This document shows positions 40,037 through 50,157 of a stretch of DNA of 64,000 nucleotides, in pieces. The notes beneath the pieces were generated by a model, which ran no database searches, was not told the DNA's origin, and saw nothing but the letters and a program-made list of their open reading frames with translations. This DNA is from Patescibacteria group bacterium (lineage in GTDB: Bacteria > Patescibacteriota > Patescibacteriia > UBA1558 > S5-K13), in assembly GCA_028692545.1 (NCBI GenBank), contig JAQUXC010000001.1:92658-156657 (forward strand). The letters are read 5' to 3'. Positions within the stretch are counted from its first letter, which is position 1; every line of letters begins with the position of its first letter. Position numbers and translations under genes: made by a program.

Positions 40037-41473
40037 ATGATCAAAACAAAACAATTAATCAAAATAAGTGTTCCATTTTTTATTCTAATTTTTAGCTTTT
40101 TTCTATATAATCCATCACATGCATCTATTACATATGGATCAATAGATAATACAAATAAATATGCATACAATGAAAATACTGGCTGGATAAATTTCAAAGA
40201 TGCAAATAGTGATATCTATATATCAGATACACAACTTATTGGTTATGCATATTTTGAGAATATGGGATGGATATCATTTAACTGTTCTAATACTAATACA
40301 TGTGATGACAATAATTACAAAGTATCAAATACAGAAAATGGAGTACTAGTTGGTTATGCATATAGTGAAAATGCAGGATGGATAAATTTTACTGGTGTAA
40401 CAATAAACACAAGTGGTGAATTTATTGGCTATGCATATGGAGAAAATATAGGATATATATCTATGAATTGTTCTAATACTAATACATGTGATGACAATAA
40501 TTACAAGGTATCAACAGATTGGATTCCAAAATCAGCAAGACCATCATCTGGTTCAACAGGTGGAGGATGGACTGGTTCTACAATAGTTACACCACCAACT
40601 ATACCAACATATTCTACAACTGTTACACCAGCAAATGGTGGAACACTTAATTATACATTTACTGATAATTCAAATATTAATATTGTAGTACCAGCTAATA
40701 CTGTAACATCTAATACCACTATTACTGTAAGCGAAGGGTCATTAAGTACTGATAATACACCAAATAGTAGTACTGGTGCATTTATGATTGGTAATAGTAT
40801 ATTTAATATATCAGCAATAGATATTAATAATAATTCTATTACATCATTTACTAATAATCTAACCATTACAATTACAATACCAAGTCTTCCAGATAATACA
40901 TCTAATCTAGGAGTATATTATTATGATACAACACTTGATAGCTGGATATTAGTAGAAAATGCCGTATTTGATATAACTTTAAACAAAGTAACATTCAATG
41001 TAAATCATCTAACCATATTTGCAATATTTAATATAGCAGGAGTACCATCTACTATTAATACAACAAATGATGAAAGTAGTATTCCACAATCATTCTGGAC
41101 TACAGGTAAGTGGATAAAAACAGAGGATAGATCTACAGTATATTTTGTAGATAGTAATAATGATAGACATGCATATCCAAATGAAAAGATATGGTATTCA
41201 TACTTTGATAATGATTTTTCATTTGTTTCTACAATAACAAAAGAAGAACTAGCTACTTATACACTAGGAAAGAATGTTCCATATAATACTGGTATACTAT
41301 TTAAAATACCAACAGTAGCTAAAGTATATCTAGTAGGAGTAAATGGACTTATACAATGGATAAAGACAGAAGAAAAAGCAATAGAACTATATGGAGCTAA
41401 TTGGAATAAGTTAGTTCATGATTTACCAGATGAATTCTTTGGGGATTATACGGAAACAACATCAATAGAATAA
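40037..41473 (+). CDS. secreted repeat-containing surface protein (internal tandem duplication of about 64 aa)
   Basis: It has a signal peptide. The block GYAY..NMGWISFNCSNTNTCDDNNYKVS occurs twice, and the nucleotides at 40285-40330 repeat at 40477-40520. Confidence 0.45.
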   Translation: MIKTKQLIKISVPFFILIFSFFLYNPSHASITYGSIDNTNKYAYNENTGWINFKDANSDIYISDTQLIGYAYFENMGWISFNCSNTNTCDDNNYKVSNTENGVLVGYAYSENAGWINFTGVTINTSGEFIGYAYGENIGYISMNCSNTNTCDDNNYKVSTDWIPKSARPSSGSTGGGWTGSTIVTPPTIPTYSTTVTPANGGTLNYTFTDNSNINIVVPANTVTSNTTITVSEGSLSTDNTPNSSTGAFMIGNSIFNISAIDINNNSITSFTNNLTITITIPSLPDNTSNLGVYYYDTTLDSWILVENAVFDITLNKVTFNVNHLTIFAIFNIAGVPSTINTTNDESSIPQSFWTTGKWIKTEDRSTVYFVDSNNDRHAYPNEKIWYSYFDNDFSFVSTITKEELATYTLGKNVPYNTGILFKIPTVAKVYLVGVNGLIQWIKTEEKAIELYGANWNKLVHDLPDEFFGDYTETTSIE

Positions 41474-41534
41474 ATGTATAATTGAGTAATAGGGTAATAG
41501 TATAATTGATAATTTTAAATAAATAACTTAATAA

Positions 41535-41603
41535 CTAGAGAGTTAGTAAGTTAGAGGGTTAGGAATTTATCTGACTCACTAACACTCTAACCTTCTAACC
41601 AAC
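41535..41603. repeat. foldback element built from GTTAG-octamer repeats (3 direct units, loop, 3 inverted units); family shared with 59177-59262
   Basis: The left arm agttagtaagttagagggttagg pairs with the inverted right arm cactaacactctaaccttctaacc. Confidence 0.5.
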
Positions 41604-41611
41604 TAAAAAAT

Positions 41612-42676
41612 ATGAAAACAAAAAACATCTTAAAAAACATTTCATTTGCAGTACTAGTAATACTTATTACATTTAGTATTACAAAGGCAGGAGATCTATT
41701 TCCGAGTGGTACAAGTATATTACCAACATTCTATACACTAGGAGATATATACGACAAATTAACAGACAATACAACATCCGCAGATGAAGGAGATCATGAT
41801 CTTACATCATCAGCCACACCAGCATCTACATTTCATACACTAAAAGATATATATGAAGCAATACCAACTATTGATGCAGATAAAATGCTTACAACAGCTG
41901 ACTATATGGGTGTACAAGGAACAATAGTAAGTATAGGTGCAGTAACAATAACACCAAGTACAACAGCTCAAACAATCATAGCTGGATATCATAATGGAAG
42001 TGGAACTGTTTCTGGTGACACAGATCTAATATCATCAAATATCCTATCAGGAGTAAATATATTTGGAGTAAGTGGTTCTGCTGTATCAGGTGCTGATTTA
42101 TCAAATATGTTCAATGGTAGTCTTACTCCATATGAGGGTAGCGGAGATCATCCAGGTGGAGCAACATCAACAGGTGGAGTAGATGATTATAATAATAGTG
42201 ATAATCCACCAGCAGATAGGTATGAGGTAGAGTGGATACAGTGTACACTAGGTAATAATTATTGTGGTACAGGAGATAACTTTGCACAAGCAAAGGACAA
42301 TAATACCAACCTTATATGGGCACTTCCATGTGCAGGGGCAGGGTGTTCATCAAACAGCACTACAACACAAAATTATTATACTTGGGATGGTAGCGATGGT
42401 TGGGATGTAAGTAATAATGGAATGACAGCTCAACAATTATGTTCAAGTTTGGGATCAGGCTGGTATCTTCCTCATCAGAAACAGCTTATGCAAGCATACA
42501 TAGATGGTTCTTATGGTAATCTTGAATTTCCCGGTACCTATGACTATTACTGGTCTGCTACTACGGTATCAGATGCTCCTGGTATTGCGTGGATCGTCCT
42601 TTTGTCTAACGGGTACACGACCAACTACGTTAAGTTTGTGACCTACAGAGTCCGTTGTGTTCGTTTGGCAAACTAG
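41612..42676 (+). CDS. DGR target protein: secreted protein with C-terminal variable region (C-type lectin-like fold expected)
   Basis: It has a signal peptide. The C-terminal 44 codons (42531-42663) are the variable repeat matching the template repeat. Confidence 0.8.
   Translation: MKTKNILKNISFAVLVILITFSITKAGDLFPSGTSILPTFYTLGDIYDKLTDNTTSADEGDHDLTSSATPASTFHTLKDIYEAIPTIDADKMLTTADYMGVQGTIVSIGAVTITPSTTAQTIIAGYHNGSGTVSGDTDLISSNILSGVNIFGVSGSAVSGADLSNMFNGSLTPYEGSGDHPGGATSTGGVDDYNNSDNPPADRYEVEWIQCTLGNNYCGTGDNFAQAKDNNTNLIWALPCAGAGCSSNSTTTQNYYTWDGSDGWDVSNNGMTAQQLCSSLGSGWYLPHQKQLMQAYIDGSYGNLEFPGTYDYYWSATTVSDAPGIAWIVLLSNGYTTNYVKFVTYRVRCVRLAN
42531..42663 (+). repeat. DGR variable repeat (VR)
   Basis: It aligns over 133 bp to 43288-43420. 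I count roughly 19 mismatches, all at positions where the template repeat has A. The 3' 20 nt are identical (IMH-like). Confidence 0.85.
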
Positions 42677-42722
42677 AATTTGATTATTTGATGATTTGGA
42701 TTATTTGATTATTTATTTATTT

Positions 42723-42747
42723 CCCCCCACCATTTTATGGTGGGGGG
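42723..42747 (+). promoter_or_regulatory. GC-rich perfect hairpin (11-bp stem ccccccaccat/atggtgggggg) downstream of VR
   Basis: It lies about 60 nt downstream of the VR end and is unusually GC-rich in this genome. It is analogous to the hairpin/cruciform that stimulates DGR homing in Bordetella phage BPP-1. Confidence 0.6.
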
Positions 42748-42762
42748 AAAAATTTAAATTTT

Positions 42763-43125
42763 ATGGCTCAATATGATCATTTACAGATTTTTAGATCTTC
42801 ATACAAATTAACTCTTGAAATTTATAAAGCATCACACAATTTTCCAAGAGAATACAAGTATACATTAGGTCAAAAGTTAAAAGATTTTTCATCAGATTTT
42901 ATAAATTTAATAATTCTAGCAAATTCTCAGAAAGAAAAATCCAAGACCCTAGAAGATGCAAGATTAAAATTAGAACAATTAAAAATTCACATTAGGCTAT
43001 CATCTGATTTAAAAATTTTAGGAATAAATAGGTTTGAGTTGTTTGCTGTATCTATTGAAGAAATATCAAAACAACTTTCTGGTTGGTATGATTGGTCATC
43101 TCAGCACACAATGGAACAAAAATAA
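42763..43125 (+). CDS. avd: Avd-like DGR accessory variability determinant (four-helix-bundle, 23S rRNA intervening-sequence protein family)
   Basis: It is 120 aa and lies between the target gene and the TR. The motif KYTLGQKLKDFS resembles the S23-IVS/Avd signature. Confidence 0.6.
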   Translation: MAQYDHLQIFRSSYKLTLEIYKASHNFPREYKYTLGQKLKDFSSDFINLIILANSQKEKSKTLEDARLKLEQLKIHIRLSSDLKILGINRFELFAVSIEEISKQLSGWYDWSSQHTMEQK

Positions 43126-43287
43126 AAAATATAAAAAGAGCCAGAATTTTAAATACTCGCGGGTATTAAAATAGGGCTTTCATTGCGATCTCATTCGGTT
43201 GAATTTCAACCATTATTTACAAAAATTTGTACTTTCCTTTGGAAAGATAAAGTTTTGGTGTTTTTAAAGTGATGAGATATTAATTTT

Positions 43288-43420
43288 CCGGTACAAATGA
43301 CAATTACTGGTCTGCTACTACGATATCAGATGATCCTGGTAATGCGTGGAACGTCAATTTGTCAAACGGGAACACGAACAACAACGATAAGAATGAAACC
43401 AACAGAGTCCGTTGTGTTCG
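43288..43420 (+). repeat. DGR template repeat (TR)
   Basis: It is the A-rich copy of the VR, non-coding, and abuts the RT gene stop. Confidence 0.85.
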
Positions 43421-43434
43421 TCTGGAAATGAATA

Positions 43435-44685
43435 TTATCTTTTTTTCTTGGCTCTTTTTATATTTTTTAAAAAATCCTTTTTTATTTTAAAAGAATAAAA
43501 ATTGGTATCCTTATTTTCTATATAATTTTTTATATACAAAAATCTGTTTTCGTATAGATTTTTTCTAAGATTATATGTATTTGCATGTCTAAAATGTCCA
43601 TAATATGAATTTATTGTTGCAAGTATTTTATTTATTGTTTTTATATCTGGATATTTTTTGAAATTGTATAATTCCATTTGAGAATTTTGTTTATATCCAA
43701 ATTCTTCTAAAATTTTATTGAAATTATTTAATTTTCTTTTTAAGTTATTTACAACTCTACGCCTTGATAAAATATAATCATTTTTTATTATATAACCAAG
43801 CCAATTTATTCCATTATTTGTACTTTGTAAAATTTGTTTTTTGGGATTAAGCTCTAAGGCCAATTTGTATTTTAAAAATTGTGATATTTCATTTCTACAA
43901 TAAATAAGTTCATTTTTATCTTTAGATAAAATAACAAAATCATCAACATACCGCATATAATATTTTGCTTTTAATTTGTGTTTTACGAATTGGTCCAGTT
44001 CGTTTAGATAAACATTTGCAAAAAATTGAGATGTCAAATTGCCTATTGGAAGTCCTTGAGTATTTGGTAGATAAAAAAGTGATTTGTGTTTTGGAATTAG
44101 TTGAAATAAACCTTTATCTCCTTTTTTGTGAAAGTTTTGAAGTGGATCGCAGAATATTATTTGTTTTGTAAGCCATAAAATTTTTTCATTTTTTAAATTT
44201 TTTGAAATAATTTCAAATAGTATTTTTTTGTTTATGTTCATAAAAAATCCTTTTATATCTAAATGAATGAAAAAAGCTTCGTTCTTATAATTTCTTGTAA
44301 TTTGCCTTATAAATTTGTTTAGGTATTTTATAGATTTGTGAGCACCTTTTTCTTTTCTATTTGAATATGAATGAAATATAAATTTTTTTTCAAAAATTGG
44401 TTCAAGAAAATTATATAACAAATGATGAATTACTCTATCTCTAAAATCAGAGGCAAAAATTTCTCTAAGCATTGGCTCTTTTATTACAAAACATATAAAT
44501 CTACTTGGTGTATATTTTTGATTATTTAATTCATTTTTTAGTTTTAAAATCTCTGACTCTAAATTTATTTCAAATTTTATTGCATTTTTTGTATTTATTT
44601 TGTTTTTACGACAATCAAGATATGCTTTATAAATATTCCGAAAGGTGAATAATTGTTTCAATTCATTTTTATTATTGACTAGCAT
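43435..44685 (-). CDS. DGR-type reverse transcriptase
   Basis: RT motifs are present: FRDRVIHHLL (domain 1/2), GLPIGNLTSQ (the domain 4 SQ signature typical of DGR RTs rather than SP) and RYVDDFVIL (YxDD). Confidence 0.8.
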   Translation of the reverse strand: MLVNNKNELKQLFTFRNIYKAYLDCRKNKINTKNAIKFEINLESEILKLKNELNNQKYTPSRFICFVIKEPMLREIFASDFRDRVIHHLLYNFLEPIFEKKFIFHSYSNRKEKGAHKSIKYLNKFIRQITRNYKNEAFFIHLDIKGFFMNINKKILFEIISKNLKNEKILWLTKQIIFCDPLQNFHKKGDKGLFQLIPKHKSLFYLPNTQGLPIGNLTSQFFANVYLNELDQFVKHKLKAKYYMRYVDDFVILSKDKNELIYCRNEISQFLKYKLALELNPKKQILQSTNNGINWLGYIIKNDYILSRRRVVNNLKRKLNNFNKILEEFGYKQNSQMELYNFKKYPDIKTINKILATINSYYGHFRHANTYNLRKNLYENRFLYIKNYIENKDTNFYSFKIKKDFLKNIKRAKKKR

Positions 44686-44813
44686 AATGATTTGTATTAC
44701 ATAATTTATATTATAAAATTACATTTGTTTATTGACTAATCGTACAACTTATGATATCCTTTTTTAATATTACGGGAAAATTTTATTTTATTAATTTTTA
44801 ATTTGTAAAAATA

Positions 44814-45233
44814 ATGCCAACAATAAATCAATTGGTCAAAAAACCAAGAAGAGATAAAACTAGAAAAGCAAAGTCTGCAGCTTTGAAAGTTACTCATAAT
44901 ACTTTGAAAAGAACAAAGCATATAGATAAAGTAGGTTCTTCTTTTAAAAGAGGTGTTTGCGTAAAAGTTACTACAACTACTCCAAAAAAACCAAATTCAG
45001 CTCTTAGAAAAATTGCAAGAGTTAGACTTTCTAATGGTCAAGAAGTAACTGCATATATTCCAGGTATGGGACATAATTTGCAAGAGCATTCAGTTGTTAT
45101 GATAAGAGGCGGAAGAGTAAAGGATTTACCAGGAGTTGCTTACCATATAGTCAGAGGTGTTTTTGACACTCAGGGTGTAGAAAATAGAAAGCAAGGTCGT
45201 TCACTTTACGGAGTAAAAAAACCAAAAAAATAA
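44814..45233 (+). CDS. rpsL: 30S ribosomal protein S12
   Basis: The N-terminus [13 protein letters not shown] matches S12 and the conserved core is present. Confidence 0.9.
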   Translation: MPTINQLVKKPRRDKTRKAKSAALKVTHNTLKRTKHIDKVGSSFKRGVCVKVTTTTPKKPNSALRKIARVRLSNGQEVTAYIPGMGHNLQEHSVVMIRGGRVKDLPGVAYHIVRGVFDTQGVENRKQGRSLYGVKKPKK

Positions 45234-45264
45234 TATTAAAGTTATAAATAATTAAATATAGAAT

Positions 45265-45732
45265 ATGAGAGGTAAAAAAGCTCCAAAAAGAAAAATAAAA
45301 GCAGATACAAAGTTTAGTAGTATTGTCATTGCAAAATTTATAAATTATGTAATGAAAGATGGAAAAAAATCTTTGGCAAAATCTATAGTATATAAATCTT
45401 TAGATATAGTTTCAGAAAAAACTAAACAAGATGGTTTATCTGTTTTCAATCAAGCTATGAAAAACGTAGCTCCTTCTGTAGAAGTAAAAGGTAAAAGAAT
45501 TGGTGGTGCAAATTATCAAGTTCCAGTGGTGGTATCAGGAGAGAGAAGACAGGTTTTAGCATTTCGTTGGTTACTTGAAGCTACAAGAGCAAAAAAAGGA
45601 AAATCAATGGCAGAGAGATTGGCAGATGAACTTATTGCTGCTTATAGTAATGAAGGTGATGCTATGAAGAAAAAAGCAAATGTTCACAAGATGGCTGAAT
45701 CAAATAAAGCCTTTGCTCATTTTGCTAGATAA
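45265..45732 (+). CDS. rpsG: 30S ribosomal protein S7
   Basis: It has the S7 core motifs and sits in the str operon position. Confidence 0.9.
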   Translation: MRGKKAPKRKIKADTKFSSIVIAKFINYVMKDGKKSLAKSIVYKSLDIVSEKTKQDGLSVFNQAMKNVAPSVEVKGKRIGGANYQVPVVVSGERRQVLAFRWLLEATRAKKGKSMAERLADELIAAYSNEGDAMKKKANVHKMAESNKAFAHFAR

Positions 45733-45810
45733 AAATAGCTGTCAGCTTTCAGCAATCAGCTGTCAGCTTTTTTAAAGTTAAAATTTTTTAATTTAAATTA
45801 TAAAATATAT

Positions 45811-47883
45811 ATGTCTAGAGAATATTCATTAGAAGATACAAGAAATATTGGGATTATTGCCCATATAGATGCCGGTAAAACAACAATAACCGAGCGTATT
45901 TTGTATTACACTGGTAAAAAACATAAAATTGGAGAAACTCATAATGGAGCAGCAGAGATGGATTGGATGGAGCAAGAAAAAGAGCGTGGTATTACTATTA
46001 CATCAGCTGCTACTACATGTTTTTGGAATAATAAAAGAATAAATATTATTGATACTCCTGGACACGTAGATTTTACTGCAGAAGTAGAGAGATCTTTGAG
46101 AGTTCTAGACGGTGCTGTAACTATTTTTGACGGAAAAATGGGAGTAGAACCACAATCAGAAACAGTATGGAGACAAGCTGATAAATACAAAGTTCCTAGA
46201 ATGTGTTTTGTAAATAAAATAAATGCATTGGGTGGTGATTTTGATATGAGTTTAAAATCTATAAAAGAAAGATTATCTACAAATGCATTTGCAATACAAC
46301 TACCTATCGGTACCCAAGATCAACATAAAGGTATAATTGATTTAGTAGAAATGAAGGCCTATGTTTATTCAAATGAAGAACATACAGAAACAAAAGAAGA
46401 AGAAATTCCAGCTGATCTGTTAGAAACAGCAAAAGATCTTAGATCTCAGATGCTTGAAAAAGTAGTAGAGGTAGATGAGAGATTAATGGAGAAATATTTA
46501 AATGGAGAAGAACTTACTATAGAAGAAATAAAAAAACTTATTAGAAAAGCTACTTTGGCTGTGTTATTTTTCCCTGTTTTAGTCGGGGATGGTAGGACAG
46601 CAATAATAAAAAAACTTTTAGATGCAGTTGTTGATTATTTACCATCACCTGTAGAAGTACTCGCTATCGCTGGTGTAAATAAACACACAGAAGAACATAT
46701 TGAAAGAAGAGCTGCTGATGATGAAAAATTTTCTGCATTAGCTTTTAAAGTAGCTGTAGATCCTTTTGTGGGAAAATTAATTTTTGTAAGAGTGTATTCA
46801 GGAATGTTAAAAGCAGGTTCTTATGTATATAATAGCTCTACTGACACAAAAGAAAGAATTGGTAGAATTGTTTATTTACATGCAAATTCTAGAGAAGATG
46901 TAAGTGAAATATATGCAGGAGATATTGCTGGCGTAATTGGTCTAAAAAACACAAAAACTGGTAATACATTATGTGCCGAAGGAGATGATATAGTATTAGA
47001 ATCTATCACTTTTCCAGAACCTGTTATTTCTATGGCTATTGAACCAAAAACAAAACAAGATCAAGAAAAAATGGGTATTGCACTTAGTAAATTATCTGAA
47101 GAAGATCCTACATTTACAATAAAGACAGATGAAGAAGTACAACAAGTAATTATTTCAGGAATGGGAGAGCTTCATTTAGAAGTTTTAGTAGAAAGAATGA
47201 AAAGAGAGTTTAGTGTAGAGGTAAATACTGGAAATCCTCAAGTTGCATACAAAGAGGCTATAAAACAAGAAGCAGAAGCAGAAGGTAAATTTATTAAACA
47301 ATCAGGTGGTCGTGGTCAATATGGTCATTGTTGGATTAGTATAAAGCCAAGAGAAAGAGGAGAAGGACATAAATTTAATGATAAGATAAAAGGAGGGGTT
47401 ATTCCAAAAGAATATGTTCCCGCTATTGAAAAAGGTGTAAAAGAAGCTCTTGGAGAAGGCGTTTTGGCTCATTATCCTATTATTGACATAGAAACAACCG
47501 TATTTGATGGTTCTTATCATGAAGTCGATTCATCTGAGGCAGCATTTAAAATAGCTGGAAAGATAGCTTTCAAAGAAGCATTTAAAAAAGCAAATCCTAT
47601 TATATTAGAACCAATTATGAAAGTGAATGTAATGACACCAGAAAGTTATATGGGTGATGTTATTGGAGATTTGAATTCAAAGAGAGGACAAGTAGATCAT
47701 ATGGAAGATAAGGGTAATATAAAATCTATTGATTCAAAAGTTCCTTTGTCAGAATTATTTGGTTACTCTACATCTCTAAGAGGTATGACTCAAGGTAGAG
47801 CAAGCTATTCTATGGAGTTTAGTCATTATCAAGAAGCTCCACAAAAAATAGCTCAAGAAATTATAGAAGGAACAAGAAGATAA
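45811..47883 (+). CDS. fusA: elongation factor G
   Basis: It has the G domain AHIDAGKTT, the DTPGHVDF motif and all five domains. Confidence 0.9.
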   Translation: MSREYSLEDTRNIGIIAHIDAGKTTITERILYYTGKKHKIGETHNGAAEMDWMEQEKERGITITSAATTCFWNNKRINIIDTPGHVDFTAEVERSLRVLDGAVTIFDGKMGVEPQSETVWRQADKYKVPRMCFVNKINALGGDFDMSLKSIKERLSTNAFAIQLPIGTQDQHKGIIDLVEMKAYVYSNEEHTETKEEEIPADLLETAKDLRSQMLEKVVEVDERLMEKYLNGEELTIEEIKKLIRKATLAVLFFPVLVGDGRTAIIKKLLDAVVDYLPSPVEVLAIAGVNKHTEEHIERRAADDEKFSALAFKVAVDPFVGKLIFVRVYSGMLKAGSYVYNSSTDTKERIGRIVYLHANSREDVSEIYAGDIAGVIGLKNTKTGNTLCAEGDDIVLESITFPEPVISMAIEPKTKQDQEKMGIALSKLSEEDPTFTIKTDEEVQQVIISGMGELHLEVLVERMKREFSVEVNTGNPQVAYKEAIKQEAEAEGKFIKQSGGRGQYGHCWISIKPRERGEGHKFNDKIKGGVIPKEYVPAIEKGVKEALGEGVLAHYPIIDIETTVFDGSYHEVDSSEAAFKIAGKIAFKEAFKKANPIILEPIMKVNVMTPESYMGDVIGDLNSKRGQVDHMEDKGNIKSIDSKVPLSELFGYSTSLRGMTQGRASYSMEFSHYQEAPQKIAQEIIEGTRR

Positions 47884-47943
47884 GGTATTGATTTAATTTT
47901 CTTTTCATTGTAATATTGTACATTACTAAACAGCAATAATGAT

Positions 47944-48156
47944 ATGAATATAGATAAAATTTTAGATACAATTAATGATATTGGAAATGATGTAATTATT
48001 GCAAAAGATGATAAACCGCTTGCTGTTTTGATGAGTCTTGATAGATATAGAGAATTACTAAATAAAAAAGAAGTTGAAAAAAATAAAATAAAAATAGAAA
48101 ATAATTTTGATAATTATGTATCAGATATAAAGAGACACATTATATCAGATAATTAA
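47944..48156 (+). CDS. Phd/YefM-like antitoxin-family small protein (orphan, no adjacent toxin)
   Basis: The N-terminus VIIAKDDKPLAVLMSLDRYRELL matches the Phd/YefM pattern. It lies between fusA and tuf. Confidence 0.4.
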   Translation: MNIDKILDTINDIGNDVIIAKDDKPLAVLMSLDRYRELLNKKEVEKNKIKIENNFDNYVSDIKRHIISDN

Positions 48157-48295
48157 TATAGTTATTTGCATTTTGTGAAAACTTTTGATAGAATATTATC
48201 ACTATTAATTAATTCAAAAAAATAATTAAAATATTTAAAAAATTTTAAGTTGAACCTTTATATGGTTTGCTTAAATAATAGGGAGAATTAAGTTT

Positions 48296-49483
48296 ATGGC
48301 AGAAGCCTTTGATAGATCAAAACTACATGTAAACGTTGGTACAATAGGACACGTTGATCATGGAAAAACAACACTTACAGCAGCTATTTTACAAGTTTTA
48401 GCAGCTCATGGTGGTATCGCTCAAAATAAATCAGTTGATCAGATTGATAATGCACCAGAAGAAAAAGAGAGAGGTATTACTATTGCAACAGCCCACGTAG
48501 AATATCAAACAGAAAAAAGACATTATGCTCATGTTGACTGTCCAGGTCATGCTGATTATGTAAAAAATATGATTACAGGAGCAGCGCAAATGGACGGAGC
48601 AATATTAGTTGTTTCAGCTGCTGATGGTGCTATGCCTCAAACAAGAGAGCATATTCTTTTGGCAAGACAAGTAGGTGTTCCTTATATTATAGTTTTCTTA
48701 AATAAAGTAGATCAAGTAAGTGACCCAGAACTTATTGACTTAGTAGAAGAAGAGGTTAGAGACTTATTGAAAAAATATGAATTCCCTGGAGATGAAATTC
48801 CATTTGTAAGAGGTTCAGCCCTAAAGGCTTTGGAAGATCCAAAGGGAGATGCAGGTAAACCAATACTAGAATTACTAAATAAGTTGGATGAATATATTCC
48901 TACCCCTGAAAGAGATTTAGACAAACCATTTTTAATGCCTATCGAAGATATATTTTCAATTGAAGGCAGAGGAACTGTAGTAACAGGTAGAATAGAAAGA
49001 GGTATTATAAAAACCAGCGAAGAAGTAGAAATAATAGGTATTAGACCTACTTCAAAAACAGTTGTAACTGGAATAGAAATGTTTAACAAGTCTTTGAATC
49101 AAGGTGAAGCAGGAGACAATGCTGGAATTTTGTTAAGAGGTACAAAAAAGGATGAAGTAGAAAGAGGTCAAGTACTTGCAAAACCAGGAAGTGTTACTCC
49201 TCATGCTGAATTTGAAGCTCAGACATATATTTTATCCAAAGAAGAAGGTGGAAGACACACTCCATTTTTCAAAGGATATAAACCACAATTTTATATCAGA
49301 ACTTGTGATGTTACTGGTGATATAGAATTATCAGAAGGTACTGAAATGGTTATGCCTGGAGACACAGTAAATTTCAAAGTAAAATTATTACATCCAGTTG
49401 CTCTTGAAGAAAAACAGAGATTTGCCGTTAGAGAAGGTGGCAAGACAGTAGCTTCTGGTGTTGTAGTAAAGATTATCAAATAA
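48296..49483 (+). CDS. tuf: elongation factor Tu
   Basis: It has [10 protein letters not shown] and DCPGHADY motifs and is 395 aa. Confidence 0.95.
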   Translation: MAEAFDRSKLHVNVGTIGHVDHGKTTLTAAILQVLAAHGGIAQNKSVDQIDNAPEEKERGITIATAHVEYQTEKRHYAHVDCPGHADYVKNMITGAAQMDGAILVVSAADGAMPQTREHILLARQVGVPYIIVFLNKVDQVSDPELIDLVEEEVRDLLKKYEFPGDEIPFVRGSALKALEDPKGDAGKPILELLNKLDEYIPTPERDLDKPFLMPIEDIFSIEGRGTVVTGRIERGIIKTSEEVEIIGIRPTSKTVVTGIEMFNKSLNQGEAGDNAGILLRGTKKDEVERGQVLAKPGSVTPHAEFEAQTYILSKEEGGRHTPFFKGYKPQFYIRTCDVTGDIELSEGTEMVMPGDTVNFKVKLLHPVALEEKQRFAVREGGKTVASGVVVKIIK

Positions 49484-49502
49484 GCTATGTAGATTTTTTA
49501 TG

Positions 49503-49543
49503 ATTGCCCTGAACAACATCATTTAAGTTCAGGGCAATTTTAT
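49503..49543 (+). terminator. intrinsic terminator after tuf (12-bp stem attgccctgaac/gttcagggcaat)
   Basis: The perfect stem is followed by a T-run. Confidence 0.7.
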
Positions 49544-49581
49544 AAAAACGTATTAATTTGTTCTTTATAAATAATATAAAT

Positions 49582-49932
49582 ATGGTAAAAGCAACTAAAG
49601 AAAAAGACGAAAAAACAACAGGAGAAATTTCAAATAGAATAAGGATCAAAATAAAAGCATATGATCATATGCTTATAGATCAATCTACAAAAACTATTAT
49701 TGATGTAGCAACGAGAAATGGCGCAAAGGTAGTAGGTCCAATTCCATTACCTACAGAATTAAAAAAATATACAGTTTTAAAGTCAACATTTGTTCACAAA
49801 GATTCTAGAGATCAATATGAAATGAGAACATACAAAAGACTGATAGATATTATAGATCCAAATAGAAAGATCATTGATTCTCTCATGAGTTTAGATCTTC
49901 CAAATGGTGTTGACATTGAAATAAAGATGTGA
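49582..49932 (+). CDS. rpsJ: 30S ribosomal protein S10 (with short N-terminal extension)
   Basis: It has the [18 protein letters not shown] core. The start is chosen at ATG 49582. An in-frame upstream ATG at 49558 is also possible. Confidence 0.85.
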   Translation: MVKATKEKDEKTTGEISNRIRIKIKAYDHMLIDQSTKTIIDVATRNGAKVVGPIPLPTELKKYTVLKSTFVHKDSRDQYEMRTYKRLIDIIDPNRKIIDSLMSLDLPNGVDIEIKM

Positions 49933-50157
49933 TAATCTTGTTTAAGTTATATAATAATTTTTATTCTTTGTAAGAATTCAAGCAACCCATTATTAAAAAT
50001 GGAAGTACTTGGAAAATTATAATTAGAATAAGGAGATTTTGAAATCAATAAATTAAATTCTGCAAAATATATTAAATAGCAGAATCGCAACTTTACCCCT
50101 TGATAATATTAATTTATTAAAGTGTGAGGTTACGATTTTTTATATACAAAAAATTAT

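Larger units (their letters stand above)
41612..44685. mobile_element. diversity-generating retroelement (target-avd-TR on plus strand, RT on minus strand)
   Basis: It has all the components, and the TR-to-VR differences are adenine-specific. Confidence 0.8.

Noticed and set aside
40037-41473. Repeat protein considered as a second DGR target
   Set aside because: I found no segment matching the TR (43288-43420) and no adenine-specific variation. Its repeats are an intragenic duplication.
43435-44685. Reverse transcriptase as group II intron or retron RT
   Set aside because: It has no intron-encoded maturase or endonuclease context and no flanking intron RNA domains that I can see. The domain 4 motif is SQ rather than SP, and an adjacent TR/VR pair with A-specific changes identifies it as a DGR RT.
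45735-45790. Repetitive agctgtcagc units between rpsG and fusA as a terminator
   Set aside because: They are direct repeats containing the short palindrome CAGCTG and are followed by a T-run. Stem pairing is weak and ambiguous. They are possibly an attenuator, but this is not well supported.
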